DNA from: Octopus vulgaris
Lineage: Eukaryota
Direction of reading: 5' to 3'
Assembly: GCA_951406725.2 (NCBI GenBank)
Contig: OX597815.1
Location: 29,264,001-29,328,000 of the forward strand
DNA: 64,000 nucleotides
The position numbers and the translations under genes were made by a program. Shown piece after piece: positions 51,061 through 64,000 of this stretch (position 1 is its first letter; each line of letters opens with the position of its first letter). The notes under the pieces were generated by a model. The model did no database searches, was not told the DNA's origin, and saw only the letters and a list, made by a program, of their open reading frames with translations.

Positions 51061-53283
51061 GTGAGCATTATTTGTTGTTGATAAACATTAAATGGTTTTA
51101 TTTGTTTATTAAACAGATATAATTATCTAACATCTTTATCACTCTATGGTCACCACCTATTATTTTCTACATTGTTATGTTTAGAGCTATATTTATCCCT
51201 TTAGCATTTAAACTGGCCATATCTGGCCAAAATATTCTACCTGTATTATGAACAAAGTGGCCAGATTTAGCCTCTCACACCAACCCTATGTTGTTCTAAA
51301 AATTAACTGTAACCTCATCAAAATCTCAAAGCTACAGGATAATGCATGATTAATTCAAAACAATGTGACTAAATAAGCATTACTTTTGACAGAATAATGT
51401 GAATGGTAAAGGGTCATCTTTCTATTTTTACTCAGTGATTCATTAAGAGAAAAAAGATCCTGCATTCAGTCATTCATTGATGCTACAGCGAATATTTTGT
51501 TCCACTCTGTGTCAATCTAGTTTTCTTACATACTAGAAAGAAAAGTTTTGTAGTAATAAAATAAAAACAGTAGTTTGTTAATTAGCCAACTATTTCAAGT
51601 ATTCAGTGTGGAGAAAGGTTTAATCAAAGTTGAAATTCAAATCATGGAGCAAGATTTGAATTTCAACTCAAAGAATCTCTACTTGTATCATAGGAAGTGA
51701 GTTGTATAAAATATTATAATATGTTATAAAATATTATAATAATCCAGGTTTCTCGGTGCACTGGGCCACTTGGTGTTGAATAGGTATACTATTAAATTAG
51801 TATCTAATTCTCTCACCCTTATTAATTAATTATATATATTATATATATATATAGTACAAAATAAGATAGGGGTTATGAGTTTAACCCACTATGGGATATC
51901 ATTTATCCAATATACTTGTTGGTAAAGTACCCAAATTCTTAATACATAAATGTTTTTAATTGCAATGCAATTAATTCATTTATTGTATTAAATGGGTGAA
52001 GGTAAAGAAATATTTTTACTGTAAATTTATAATACACATAAGAAAATGCAGAAACAAATTCAGTTTATATAAGCATAAACTGCTGTTATAGAGATAAGTT
52101 TCAACCATGAAGATTGAAATATACAGGAACCTCACAGGTAGTGCCTGCTAAATGATGCGATGTAGAAGGGACATAACTCTGTGTCTCATACGAAGAACCA
52201 TGCCATTAATCATTGTATTTTGGGGCATGCCAATCAGTTTGAATCGATCTTTCCCCTAGCTTTATCCACCAAAGCAATTGAACTCAGTGTGTAAAGTTGA
52301 CAAAAGACTTGTCGATTTTAGAGTGCTCTTAATGTTTCCAGCAGTTAGCTTGAACTTATTTAGTCGTAACTATTCACAAGTAGCCACACTTTGCTTTCGA
52401 AAGTTAAGTGTTTTTAACCTTGGGTACATTACTCTTGCTTCACTAGTGACTTGAGGTAAACCACTACTATTTCAACTAGAAACGTTAAACTGCACCAGTT
52501 TGCTTATCTGCCACTCTTAATTATTATTTTTTTTTTGTTGGCTGTCACTTTTGAGCTTTTAAATATATATTTTACATTTTTATTTTGTCTGGTATGATGT
52601 ATTATATGAGCCAAAGGTTTGATTTTTAGCAATACATATGTGCACTTTGGTACACATGTATATTACTGCCACGTCTCACTGCTATAGTTTTGTTTTGTAT
52701 TAATACATTTAATGTCTTGTATTTTGCAACTTAAGTGAAGGGTAATTTTAGTAGTAGTGAATCTTAGCAGTATTCACATGTGTTTGAAATACCCCCCTTA
52801 GTTTGCTTTAAAACAGTAGATTGTGTATTGGTATAGGGTTTCTAATGTAGTCTTGACTATCCCACATGCACCATATCACTGATACAGCTGGATTGGGCTT
52901 TGATTAAATATGCTGTTATCCCTAATCTTATCACATTATTAAATTCTGTTGATAGTGTGCAACAGGATGAAAAAAATCTACTAAAATCTATTGACACTTG
53001 TATTTTGTAGATAATGTTAAGTGTTGCACAGGCACATTGGTTGTATAACTGTGTTCATGACATTAGTAAACATTAGTAAAATACATTCCTCCACTGACCT
53101 GTTTGTGGCTGATATGAAGCTGTAACTATAGCAGTTTTCATATAAATATTAAAAGTGACAACCCTACTAAGGTGGGATAATTGGTATAACTCTAAATTTA
53201 ATATAATGGTACTATGTTAAAAATGTTACACAGTTTAATTTGCCTCCCCACAAATGATAGACATCAGATGAGAGAGTAAATAG

Positions 53284-54660
53284 TCATCATTTTTATGTCC
53301 AGTTTTCCATGCAGGTTTGGGTTTTACAAGTATCACAGTCTGAGTCTTTGTATAGATCTACTGCTCTAAGGGCTACATCTCACTTGTTCATTCCATTTTT
53401 GGCATAGTTTCTAAGGTTAGATGCCTTTCCTATTGCTAAATACTTCAATGTACTAGGTGCATTACATCATACTAGCACCATTGGAGAGATTGTTTTGACC
53501 ATGGTAATTCTAGAGTCTGAACTGTCCTAATCCCAGCAAATAGAAAAGATGGAGTGAAACATGAAAGAGAACCTGAGCGAATGCATGATAACCTCTTGTT
53601 ACACATTAGGAGTAGTAGTAAGTGATAAATAAGAGAGTTAATGAAGGGAGAAGAATGGTATGTGGAGACCTGTGGCTGAGAGAGAGAGACCATCTCCACC
53701 ACCATCACTTTTACATGTTTCTCCATGCTTATATAATTTAGGTGGATTAACACTCAGAGTTGCAACCTTTTGTTTTCTCCTTTGTGAGGTTCAGCCTCTT
53801 GAGATTAGTCTTTGCAACTTCATCCTCTGTTTTCTTTGGTCTTCCTCGTTCACATTCCATCCACGTGGAGTGCTCACATTTTTTATTTATACAACTGGTA
53901 TCCTTCATATGCATCACATGCATGTATCATTGTATTCTTCTCTTTTGCACGCTACATCTTGTTTCTCTTTGTACTCTGTCCATGTACATTAATATTACAC
54001 ATCCAGTAGCGCATGCTTGCCTTATTTCATTCCAATCAATGCAAATCCTCTGTACACAAGCATTGTACAATGTCCTTCATTCTGAAAGAAGCTCTTTGTT
54101 ATCATCAGAGGTACTAGCTCCTTGAACTTTTTCTACCCCGTTCTTATTCCAACAACTATGCTTTCAGAATGCCTACCTCCAGTGCTTATTGAATCACCTA
54201 AATAAGAGAAACTGTTTATTCAATAAGCCTTCTGACTATTTGAAGCAGTTTATGTCACATACTCTTACTGTTAACTACTCCTGTGTATCTGTTACATACA
54301 AAATCTATCTGTGATTCCACTACGCCTCATATGCATCTATAGTCTACACTAGCTGCTCTGTTAGAATCCCAACCTACTCCCTTTCTGCTTATCAAGCTTG
54401 TCAACTTTTTTGATGGCCATGGAGTCCTCTTTCCTAGGTTTACTTTGAGGCCTCCTAATTATAGGCTTTGTTTAGAAGTTTGGAAGTTTTTCTATAAATC
54501 TTTGACTTATATGCTGTGAGAAATAGGTCATTAACATGCAAAGAGTTCCCACAAACAACCAGTTTTAATTTCTTCTGTTATGATGGATGAGAACTGAGTT
54601 TTGAATTAGTTCAATTAGCATTGACCTCTTGCTAACCATGACCTTATTGACTGCACTTTC
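53284..54660 (-). mobile_element. Highly decayed RTE LINE (antisense in intron 3)
   Basis: Reverse-complement traces of the ELL..DLFL, FSYLGD and 3'-tail segments of the 43160 element. Confidence 0.6.
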
Positions 54661-54927
54661 TTAAAAATTCATTAACCTTTTTTGGACTAGAGACTAGGCT
54701 AAATTTGGAAAAGGATATATACTGCACTAATTTAACCCAAGATGAATAGAAACCTACTTACATCAGTTCAATTGATTCCTTCACCTACAAATTTATATAA
54801 CCTTCTACAATATTTATTGTAATAAGCATTTTCAAATTGTATTTCAATTTTATTAATGTTTTTTCAATTTTCTTTTTCTCTTTTCCATCTGCTCCTGATC
54901 TGCTGGCACCATGATTTCTCCTCAAAG

Positions 54928-55478
54928 TGATTAAACAAAGAATGCAAATGTTCAATAGTCCATATCGGAACTGTTCTCACTGTGTTTTTGTCATTTTAAA
55001 ACAGGAAGGTGTGCGAGCCTTTTATCGTAGTTATCCAACTCAACTAACTATGAATTTACCCTTCCAAGTGATCCACTTTATGACATATGACTATACACAA
55101 GATTTATTTAACAAGGAACGTAAATATGATCCTAAATCTCACGTGGCATCTGGTGCATTAGCTGGTGCCTTAGCAGCCATTCTTACAATGCCTCAGGATG
55201 TCTGCAAGACTTTACTGAACACTCAAGAACATTGTGCAAGAAAGCACTCACCTTATATCTCAGGTTTGGCTACAGCTTTTCGAACTGTTTACGAATACCG
55301 CGGAGTCCGTGGTTACTTCCGAGGTGTTGTAGCTAGAGTCATATTCCAGATACCAGCCACTGCTATTTCGTGGTCTGTATATGAATTTTTTAAGTTTTTC
55401 ATCTCTCAAAAAACAAATGAGAAGTATTTTAGTTCACAGAAAGTTAACCAGATTCCAGTTCATGCTTCATCAAGGTGA
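54928..55478 (+). CDS. SLC25A37: Mitoferrin coding exon 4 (terminal)
   Basis: Acceptor ctcctcaAAG. (V)[12 protein letters not shown]...[17 protein letters not shown]...[11 protein letters not shown]...[21 protein letters not shown], stop TGA. The four exons sum to 1029 nt in one frame. Confidence 0.95.
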
Positions 55479-58400
55479 TAAACCTGGCCAATAACTACAT
55501 AAACTAATCTTTTTGACGAGAGAGAGAGAGTGAAAGAAAGAGAGAGAAATAATAAAGGTAACATCTGTCTGCAAAGTTTTAAAAACACTGATGCAGGATT
55601 ATCATTTATTTGAATATTTGGCTAGCAAGAAATCATACTGTTGATTTTTTTTTTTTTTGGATTTTTTTTTTTTAATGAGCAAAAAAAGTATGCAGCAACA
55701 ACAGCAACAATAAAAGGTCTTGAATGAATTTCTAAATTTTAAATTAAAAACAAATACTCCATCTGTTTTGGGGAAAACTATGTATACTTATATGTACATA
55801 TAAATATGGATGTGTGTATACTTACATAAACACATGCATGTATGTATATACACGTCTACTTATGAATGTGCATGTGTATGTATGCGTACATATGCACATA
55901 TCTGAGTGTGTTCGAATTAATTTAAATAATTTTTTTAAAAAGTTAAATACATAAAATATAGATAATACACTTCTTGCCTTATTGTTTTCTGGGTCAATGT
56001 TTACCAGTTCTACCATTGTATTCACATGTATGGGTATGTTTTACCTTATTAAAGTTGTGTTAGTTTATATACATCTGCTATATTATATGTAGCTATGAAA
56101 CATTTCTATAAGGATACCAAATTTATAAATCAGTTAAAAAAAAAAAAAAAAATCCCCTAGTACTGCTAACTAGTCCATTGCTCATAGTCTAATTATTCAT
56201 TGTATTAGTCCATGGTCCAACTCCTTGTTTTACTAGTCCATGGTTCACTTACTCACTCTCTTAGTCTAGTCAAACACTAACAAGAGAATTGTTAGCTAGA
56301 AATAACAACCAACCCTCTCAAACTACACATTAGCTTTTTAAAGAGAGAAGGATGTATTGAATAATGTCATCTTTTACTTGTCTGGGAAAAAGATAAGTTG
56401 AAAGTTGGAATGCTGAGCTGACCCAAGGCTAAATAAGAATAACTAGTCTAATTACTCATTAATTAATTTTTTTTCCTTATTTATAACTTGAGGAGATATT
56501 TATGTGTGTGTAGAATGTTTATATGCAGTAGGTTTACATGGTGTTGACTGTTTGTAAGGGAAATTTTGGCAAAATGAAACTCTATCTTCAAGAAATGGAC
56601 TAGTTACAACATTCAGATTGCTTCAGCTATGTGTGTGTTGTTGCCATACGAGCAAGCATCTTGTAGAACATGTCCTTACACAAATCATGGTTTGTGTGCT
56701 GTTGCTCTGGTGTAAGGTATTGGCAGATATTTGTTATGATATGTATCTGTTGTGGTTGGCTTGTTTCCTTGCACATGGCTTTACTGTTTCCTGCTGTGCT
56801 TCTGTTACATATCTTCTTCACTTCCTTGGAGGATGTGGTGGCCACCTGCTGCCATTGGAAAACATTTGAGGCGTAAGAGCTACTACTTGATTTTGTTGTG
56901 GTGGTCACTGAACAGGTGTTTGGCTGGCAGTGAACACTTGACAGACAACTGATAAAGACCAAAGTAATCCAGTTGTCCAGTTAGAGTAGAGGATTACATA
57001 GCTGGCCAAGTCACATATAGATGCACTATGGTTTCTGTTAGTACTTTGTAAAATGAAGTAGCAGACAACCTGAGCTTCACTGAAACCTTACCAGACATTC
57101 TACCCCTTTAGCAGCTCTGCAATCTAGTGCAGTTGGATCTATCAAAACATCAGACATCCCAATCTGCAGTGGGGGGTGAAGATAATGCTCACTCTATACA
57201 GGTGGATGTATTTTTGCATGTGAGTGCATGTGCTGAGTCTTTGTAATTTCTCAAAAGTGATATCTGTCAGTTATTGGTGATCACTTTCGTCATGCCTCTT
57301 GGACACAGCGTTGATCATACTCTAACAGAGTATGTATACTATTCTCTGTACAAGTTTTGGGTCTGAAACCTTGGAAACAATGTTGCATGAATCTCTCAAT
57401 TTGTTATGGGTATGTTTATCATGTGCTTCAGGGATGATTCAATTGGAAACAACTGACTTATATACTTTTTGTTATATCAGATCATTTACAATAATTAAAT
57501 GCTGAAACATTTGTTCAAGCATTTAATGGTCAGGTTAGTTGAAAATAATGACTTATTAAACAATTGTTTATATTTATTTGGTATAAATGTCATTGTTTTC
57601 AATGAACTTGAGAATGGTCTTCTCAGATAAAGGATTGTTCCAAGTATTCAATATATACACATTTCTGCAGAGACTCAATTATATTTACCTGTCTCCATTA
57701 CTATTGTGTTCATAAGTCAATGATGGATCATGTACATGGTTGCTTGGCTTGCTAGATATAACAGCCAAATCTCTCCTAAAAGATAGGATGGTCAGAGTTG
57801 GGTGCCTTTGATTATAAGGTTGTTTGACTTGGGGCTAATTAACATCCACTTTTTATACTTCTTGATAAAAGCCTGCCATTAAATTAGGGCAAAACTTGAC
57901 TCATTTTGTTACTTGTTCTGTATCTGACATTCAATTTTGTAAATTATCTTCTGAAGACAGCTTCTACTTCTTTTATTTCTGTATCATTTAGGTAATCTCG
58001 TTAGCTTTCTATGATTCTTTTTTTTTTTTTTTTCATACTTTTCTTGGATTGAATAGTTTTTACACAGTTGAAAAATATTTGAATAGATTTTTATTTTTAT
58101 CACTAGAATTTTATAAATTATATGGCAGTGTCTATTCTTTGCAATAGTGCTAATTTCTTCAAATATCAGGTCTTAGGATATGCCTAACTTTACACTCCTT
58201 GTGATATGTTTAAGTGTATAGTCCTTCATTTAACTTAAGTAAATCTTGAGATAATAATATTTTTAAAATTCTCCATAATATAAAGACATAATGTGAAATG
58301 CTATGTCATTCTGATTGGATTGAGTAGATAAAAATGAATGTTGCACATACTACACACACACACATACACCCTCCCTTGCAGAGAGGCAGGTACCGTTTTT

Positions 58401-58705
58401 GTTCATATCTAGTTTTGCCCAACATTTCAATGTGTTTAAAGAGTGAGTCTGTGAACGAAACCCTTTTGTTTGTTTGCTAAATAACTTGCTCAGATAATCC
58501 TCTGCTTTGTGATCTGACATTTCACCATTGTTTTAACTCTCTTATATCCAATGTCAATTTGTTGCATATGAAGTTTAGGGGAAGAAGTGTGGGTGAAATA
58601 TTAAAAAAGCAAAAAAAAAAAAAAATTGAAACATCTAATAGAATTATTAATTGTTATCATTTTCTTGTTCAAATTTTACTCTCGTTTGGAAGTTTATTTT
58701 TTTTT

Positions 58706-58711
58706 AATAAA
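58706..58711 (+). terminator. Candidate distal poly(A) signal of mitoferrin (proximal AATAAA also at 55551 and 55709)
   Basis: AATAAA preceded by a T-rich tract and followed by a GT-rich stretch near 58767; young repeats resume after it. Confidence 0.35.
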
Positions 58712-59429
58712 CACTCAAGATTCAAGGAATTAAATTAATGTAGTTCTTAAATTCAGTATATAATATTGTGTGTGCATGTGTGATAGCCAAGAATGATGGT
58801 TGGTGTTTACTGATGTGATTTTATTTACTCTCAAAATATGGATTCAAAAAGAAAAAAAAAATGACTTTCATTTTTACCACATTTGCATGATTGGTACCAT
58901 CCATTGTTGCAGTATGTTTCTAAAGCTGGATGTCATTTCTACAGATAAACCACTAAGCCATGAAGTGAGATTTTCATCTTGGCAAACGGAAGCATCAGCA
59001 TTTTGATGTTCACTCGTATGAGGCAGATGAAACTTGTTGAAGCAGATTTTTTTCCAGGTGGATGCTTTTCCTGTTGGCAACTCAGGTTTCCAAGCAAAGT
59101 AATATTATCTTCTGGTTCACAGAAGGCAGAAACCTAGGCTATTACTTGTATGATGCTGATGCCCATTTACAACTACTACCTCAAGACAAGGAGACACAAA
59201 ATGCACCCATATATATATATATTTTTCCCTCTCTCTCTTTCGGAGAGGCACTGAGCAGCTATACTCACACATACACACACGGCAGTAACTTCCACCTACC
59301 GAATTCAATCACAAAGCTCCGGTCGGCTCGGGGCTATAGTGGAAGACACCTACCCAAAGTGCCACGCAGTGGGACTTAACCCGAAACCATGTAGCTAGGA
59401 AGCAAGCTCCCTAACCACACAGCCATGCC

Positions 59430-59461
<32 letters not shown>

Positions 59462-60446
59462 ACAAAAGAAATGAAAATATTGTTGATAGTGATAAATTTG
59501 TACTCTACAAAAATATAGAGTAACCCATAAGATTAATGTAAAATTGTTTTTTATTATAAGTAAACGTAAAAACAAACATTAACACATATACACATGACAG
59601 ACTTATTTCAGTTTCTGTCTACTAAATCCACTTACAAAGCTTTGGTTGATACAGGGCTATAGTAGAAGACATCCGAAAGCACACAAATTGTTGGAAAGCA
59701 AACTTCTCACTCACACAGCCATGCCTGCACTTCAAGGTAAACTAACTTGTCTCAGACACCAAACACAATGGTTGAGGCATCATTCTGACTGGGCTATTAA
59801 ATCAGCATCTTAATTTTATCATTATATATAATTGATTTAATTCATTCAGGGTATAGTACTTGTCTTGTTTCAGCCACAACCACTGGAGTCAAAATATGCA
59901 ACTATCCTGAAATAATATATTTGAGTTTTGTAAGTTATATTGATATTAACCAGTTGGACACTAATATTTGTTTATGCTTCTTATATGAAAACCAATTATT
60001 TAAGAAAGTTCAGTATGTTTAATTGTGGTGAGGTATTGAATGTTATGGGCTCTTACCTATCTTTTCAGAATGAGGAAAATCAATAAAGTGTTAGTACTTT
60101 TGTTACAGCAATACAGTCACAACCATTTTTGGACGAAGGGCAAGAACTTAAGATATTAAGATTTTTACTTCTTTACTCCGCAAGAAACTTGTTACTTCTG
60201 ACATAAATCATCACAGCTTCATTTGATTCTCCTAAGTTTTAGGGACATAAACCAACATCTGTTAAGTGGTGGTGGGACACTTTCAGTTTCTGTTGACTAA
60301 ATCCACTAACAAGGCCAGGATTATGGTAGAAGACACTTGTCCAAGATGCTATGTAAGGACTATGTGTAATTTGTCCTATCGAAATACTCTTCTCTTTCAG
60401 TTAATTAAATAATAATGAATTTAATGACAAGTTTTTCATTACTCTC

Positions 60447-60837
60447 TCTTTCATTCTCTTACTTGTTTCAGTGATTTGACTGCGGCCATGCTGGAGCATC
60501 GCCTTTAATTGAGCAACTCGACCCCGGGACTTATTCTTTTGTAAGCCCAGTATTTATTCTATCGGGGTCTTTTGCTGGACCGCTAAGTAACAGGGACATA
60601 AACACACCAGCATTGGTTGTCAAGCAATGCTAGGTGACAAACACACACATGCATATATATATATATATATATACGACGGGCTTCTTTCAGTTTCCATCTA
60701 CCAAATCCACTCACAAGGCTTTGGTCGGCCCGAGGCTATAGTAGAAGACACTTGCCCAAGGTGCCACACAGTGGGACTGAACCCGGAACCATGTGGTCAG
60801 TATACAAGCTGCTTACCACACAGCCACTCCTGTGCCT
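60447..60837 (-). mobile_element. SINE family A
   Basis: Reverse complement of the 6974 copy. Confidence 0.9.
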
Positions 60838-61840
60838 ATTAAGCAAATTTTATATAAATTATCATGCAGTTTTGATGGAAAGTTTAAACTACTGAGATCA
60901 CTTTAAAAACTTGCAGCTAGTATTGAAGGACTATGCATAATCTCAGAGTTATGTATAGCCCAATTAATTAGGAACAAAACCAGATTTGATGAAATTTGGT
61001 TTGGTATTCTGCCAAGGAGAAGCACTACTGTCTAGCAGTCTGGAACACCTCCATTGATTGTGGATGTTCTAAGTTTGTGGCCTTCAGTAGAGTGTGAGAG
61101 CTAGCAAAGAATTATTGTCGACAGCTGTGAAAAAGAAGAGTACTTTTTCTGGCATATGCTTTGAGGTACTAAGCCCTCGCACATGTCAGTGAAAGCAGGT
61201 ATAGGTAAATATGCATAGGCTACTCAAAGCTTACAGTCTCCTTCTAATCCCACAAAGTCTTTAGGGGCAAACCACAGCCAAACTGAGGGCTGGGGGCAGG
61301 TGTGGGTTGAGCAGTCATAAGATATTGAAAGTAAGTGACACCTGTATATGAAATACATATATAAGTGCTTATGCAACTAGATATATGTAGACTAACATAG
61401 GTTCCTAAAACAAGAAACTGTATGTATGGTTATATGGACATCTATGTAAACCCATTTATTTGCATACACTCATAGCAATCGAACATGTATGCATGTGTTT
61501 CCAACTTTAAGGTGGGGGGGGGGTATGTGGAACTAGTTTTAGCAGGCACTCATTTAGTCTTTGCTTATATAGGCCTCCAGTCCACATTGATGTCTCAAGC
61601 AGCGGATTTAAGAATCTATTTATGCAATTGGTATTGGAATATGGGTATGACATGTCTCTTGCTTTATAGTACCCTAATTCAAGATATAAATACTAATTTC
61701 TTAATCATATGAAGTCAGTTATCATGATTGAGCTGTTTCATTGAATTAATCGCATTATATTTATTACTTGACTTTTGAAGGACAACTTGAATGGAAATAA
61801 ACCTGTGTTATAATGTATTCCATTTGACTACAAAGCATTT

Positions 61841-62143
61841 TTGCCAGCAACATTCGCGCGAGGATGTTGCCAGTGCTGCTGGACTGGCTCTTGTGCATGT
61901 AACACATAAAAACACCATTTGAGTGTGGCAGTTGCCAGTACCACCTGACTGGCCCTCGTGCCAGTGGTACATAAAAGCATCCATTACACTCCCGGAGTGG
62001 TTGGCATTAGGAAGAGCATCCAGCTGTAGAAACTGTGCCAGATCAGATTGGAGCCTGGTGCAGCTATCTGGCTCACCAGTCCCCAGTCAAACCGTCCAAC
62101 CCAGGCCAGCATGGAAAGTGGACGTTAAACGATGATGATGATG
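61841..62143 (+). mobile_element. RTE 3'-tail fragment
   Basis: gtggttggcattaggaagagcatccagctgtagaaa...aaacgatgatgat. Confidence 0.85.
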
Positions 62144-63797
62144 AGTTCAATAAAGGCAACAACGCAATGGAAAGTGTGAGGAATATTAATGCAGTAGATG
62201 GGGATTGGAGAATAAGTGTAAGCCAGTGTCAATGGTGGTTCTAGAAATTCCGAGTCAGAAACTACAGCTTAGAAGATGAGCCTAGTCTTGGAAGATCTGT
62301 AGAGCTTGATGAGAATGTACTACAAATCCTGGTGGAACAAAATCATATCATAACTGTTGAACTAGCAGAGAAGCTTGGATTTGGCCATTCAACTATTCAT
62401 CGACACCTGTGTGCCATCAGAAAAGTCAGCAAATTGGGTCAGTGGGTTCTTCACAAACATCTGAGACTAATTGTGTACAGAGAGTGAATGTGTGCTCTTT
62501 GCTGTCATGTATCCTGAAAGACCCTAGGTCTGGCAACAGGACTCTGCACCATGCCACACAAGCAGGAGAACCCAGTCATAGCTGTCAGACAATTTCTGCA
62601 ACCACATATTTTGCTTCATATGTTCAATAAAAGCAACGGAAAGCGCAAGGAATATTAATGCTGTATATGGGGATCAGACAATAATCGTAAGCCAGTGTCA
62701 GCAGTAGTTTCAGAAATTCTGAGCTGGAAACTACAGCCTAGAAGACGTGCCTCATCTTGGAAGATCTGTAGAGCTCAAACAACCTTTTTTGGACCGAATA
62801 GTGACTGGTGACAAGAAATGGGTTCTCTATAAAAATGTCAAGCACCAAATTTAGTAGGTAGGGAAAGGATAAATACAGGCACCCCAACATAAAGGTCTTC
62901 ACCCACGTAAGGTGTTATCTGTTTGATGAGATATGAAATGTTTAGTCCATTTTGAAATTTTAAAACCAAACCAAACGATAAAGAAGATCTGTGAGCAGCT
63001 TGAGCGGCTTAAGTCAGCGCCAGAAGAAAAACGACCATCTTTGATTTCAAGATGAAAGGTGTTCTTCCTCAGGATGATGCTCAGCTACATTCAGAAAGGA
63101 TGACATTCCAAAAGCTGGAGTAGTTTGAATGGGAAATGATGCCGCACCCACCATATTGGCCAGACATTGCCCCATCTGATTATCATTTATTCCAGTCTTC
63201 AAAATCATTTGGACGGAAAAAATATAAATTCTGTAGACAAGGCGCAGGAGTGGCTGTGTGGTAAGTAGCTTGCCTACCAACCACATGGTTCCGGGTTCAG
63301 TCCCACTGCGTGGTATCTTGGGCAAGTGTCTTCTTCTATAGCCTCGGGCCGACCAATGCCTTGTGAGTGGATTTGGTAGACGGAAACTGAAAGAAGCCCG
63401 TCGTATATATGTATATATATATATGTATGTGTGTGTATATGTTTGTGTGTCTGTGTTTGTCCCTCTAGCATTGCTTGACAACCTATGCTGGTGTGTTTAT
63501 GTCCCCGTCACTTAGCGGTTCGGCAAAAGAGACCGATAGAATAAGTACTGGGCTTACAAAGAATAAGTCTCGGGGTCGATTTGCTCGACTAAAGGCGGTG
63601 CTCCAGCATGGCCGCAGTCAAATGACTGAAACAAGTAAAAAAAAAAAAAGTCAGAATAGCACTGGAGGAATATTTTTTTGTCACAGATAGATGGAAGAGC
63701 ATTGTAGAAAATGAAGGAGAGTATATTTTAGATTTAAAAATAACTTTATCTTAATTTTGAGAAATAAGTGTAAAAAAACTACATTATTTATGGGATG
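62141..63797 (+). mobile_element. Mariner composite: mariner 5' fragment, maT fragment (~62516-62606), deleted mariner interrupted by a SINE
   Basis: Homology to 4258-5317 and to the reverse complement of 16064-16930. Confidence 0.85.
63241..63650 (+). mobile_element. Young SINE family A inserted in mariner
   Basis: Splits tctgtagacaag|gtcagaa, contiguous in the 5101 copy. Confidence 0.9.
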
Positions 63798-64000
63798 GGC
63801 TTTTGAACCTCAAGGGTATAACCCTGGCACATGCCACCATCTCTGTTGTCTCTTCCTTTACTCAACCATCCCATTTATATTCTGATCCCTGTTCCTTCTG
63901 GGTATGCCCGGCATTTTGCACCATCTCTATCCTGCTGTCTCCCACTTTCTCTTCTGCACTTCCCTTAGGTCGGATAACTGTGTATTTCCTTTGCGGCAGC

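Noticed and set aside
56627-56962. 111-aa antisense ORF in the 3' region
   Set aside because: No motif or splice support; overlapping ORFs on both strands suggest a compositional effect.
58121-58136. tatgg-CAGTGT-ctatt as a 3' IRE
   Set aside because: Only 4 of 5 upper-stem pairs and no bulged C.

Overview
AT-rich, repeat-dense animal DNA, most likely an octopus (coleoid cephalopod); the taxon is inferred from recognising the repeat families, not from a search. The only host gene I can support is a complete 4-exon mitoferrin (SLC25A37/SLC25A28 family mitochondrial iron carrier) on the + strand: CDS 27708-27908, 45783-46002, 51004-51060, 54928-55478 (1029 nt, 342 aa), with a CpG-rich ETS/NRF1/CGCG-type promoter and an in-frame uORF. 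The rest is nested transposon debris: several tRNA-derived SINE families, RTE and CR1 LINEs, an L1/Tx1-type element, Penelope-like fragments, mariner and maT elements, hAT, Helitrons and piggyBac-type MITEs. Most notable: (1) several type I hammerhead ribozyme motifs in Penelope-like inserts within (TA)n tracts, including a recurrent CCGANGA core variant and an apparent two-ribozyme element; (2) a maT::mariner chimera present twice with the same internal deletion; (3) a TSD-flanked ORF1-only L1/Tx1 derivative; (4) an RTE reverse transcriptase with a PHD finger inserted between RT motifs; (5) a 72-bp fold-back hairpin in mitoferrin intron 1. Repeat boundaries were read by eye and are approximate unless a TSD or TIR is given.
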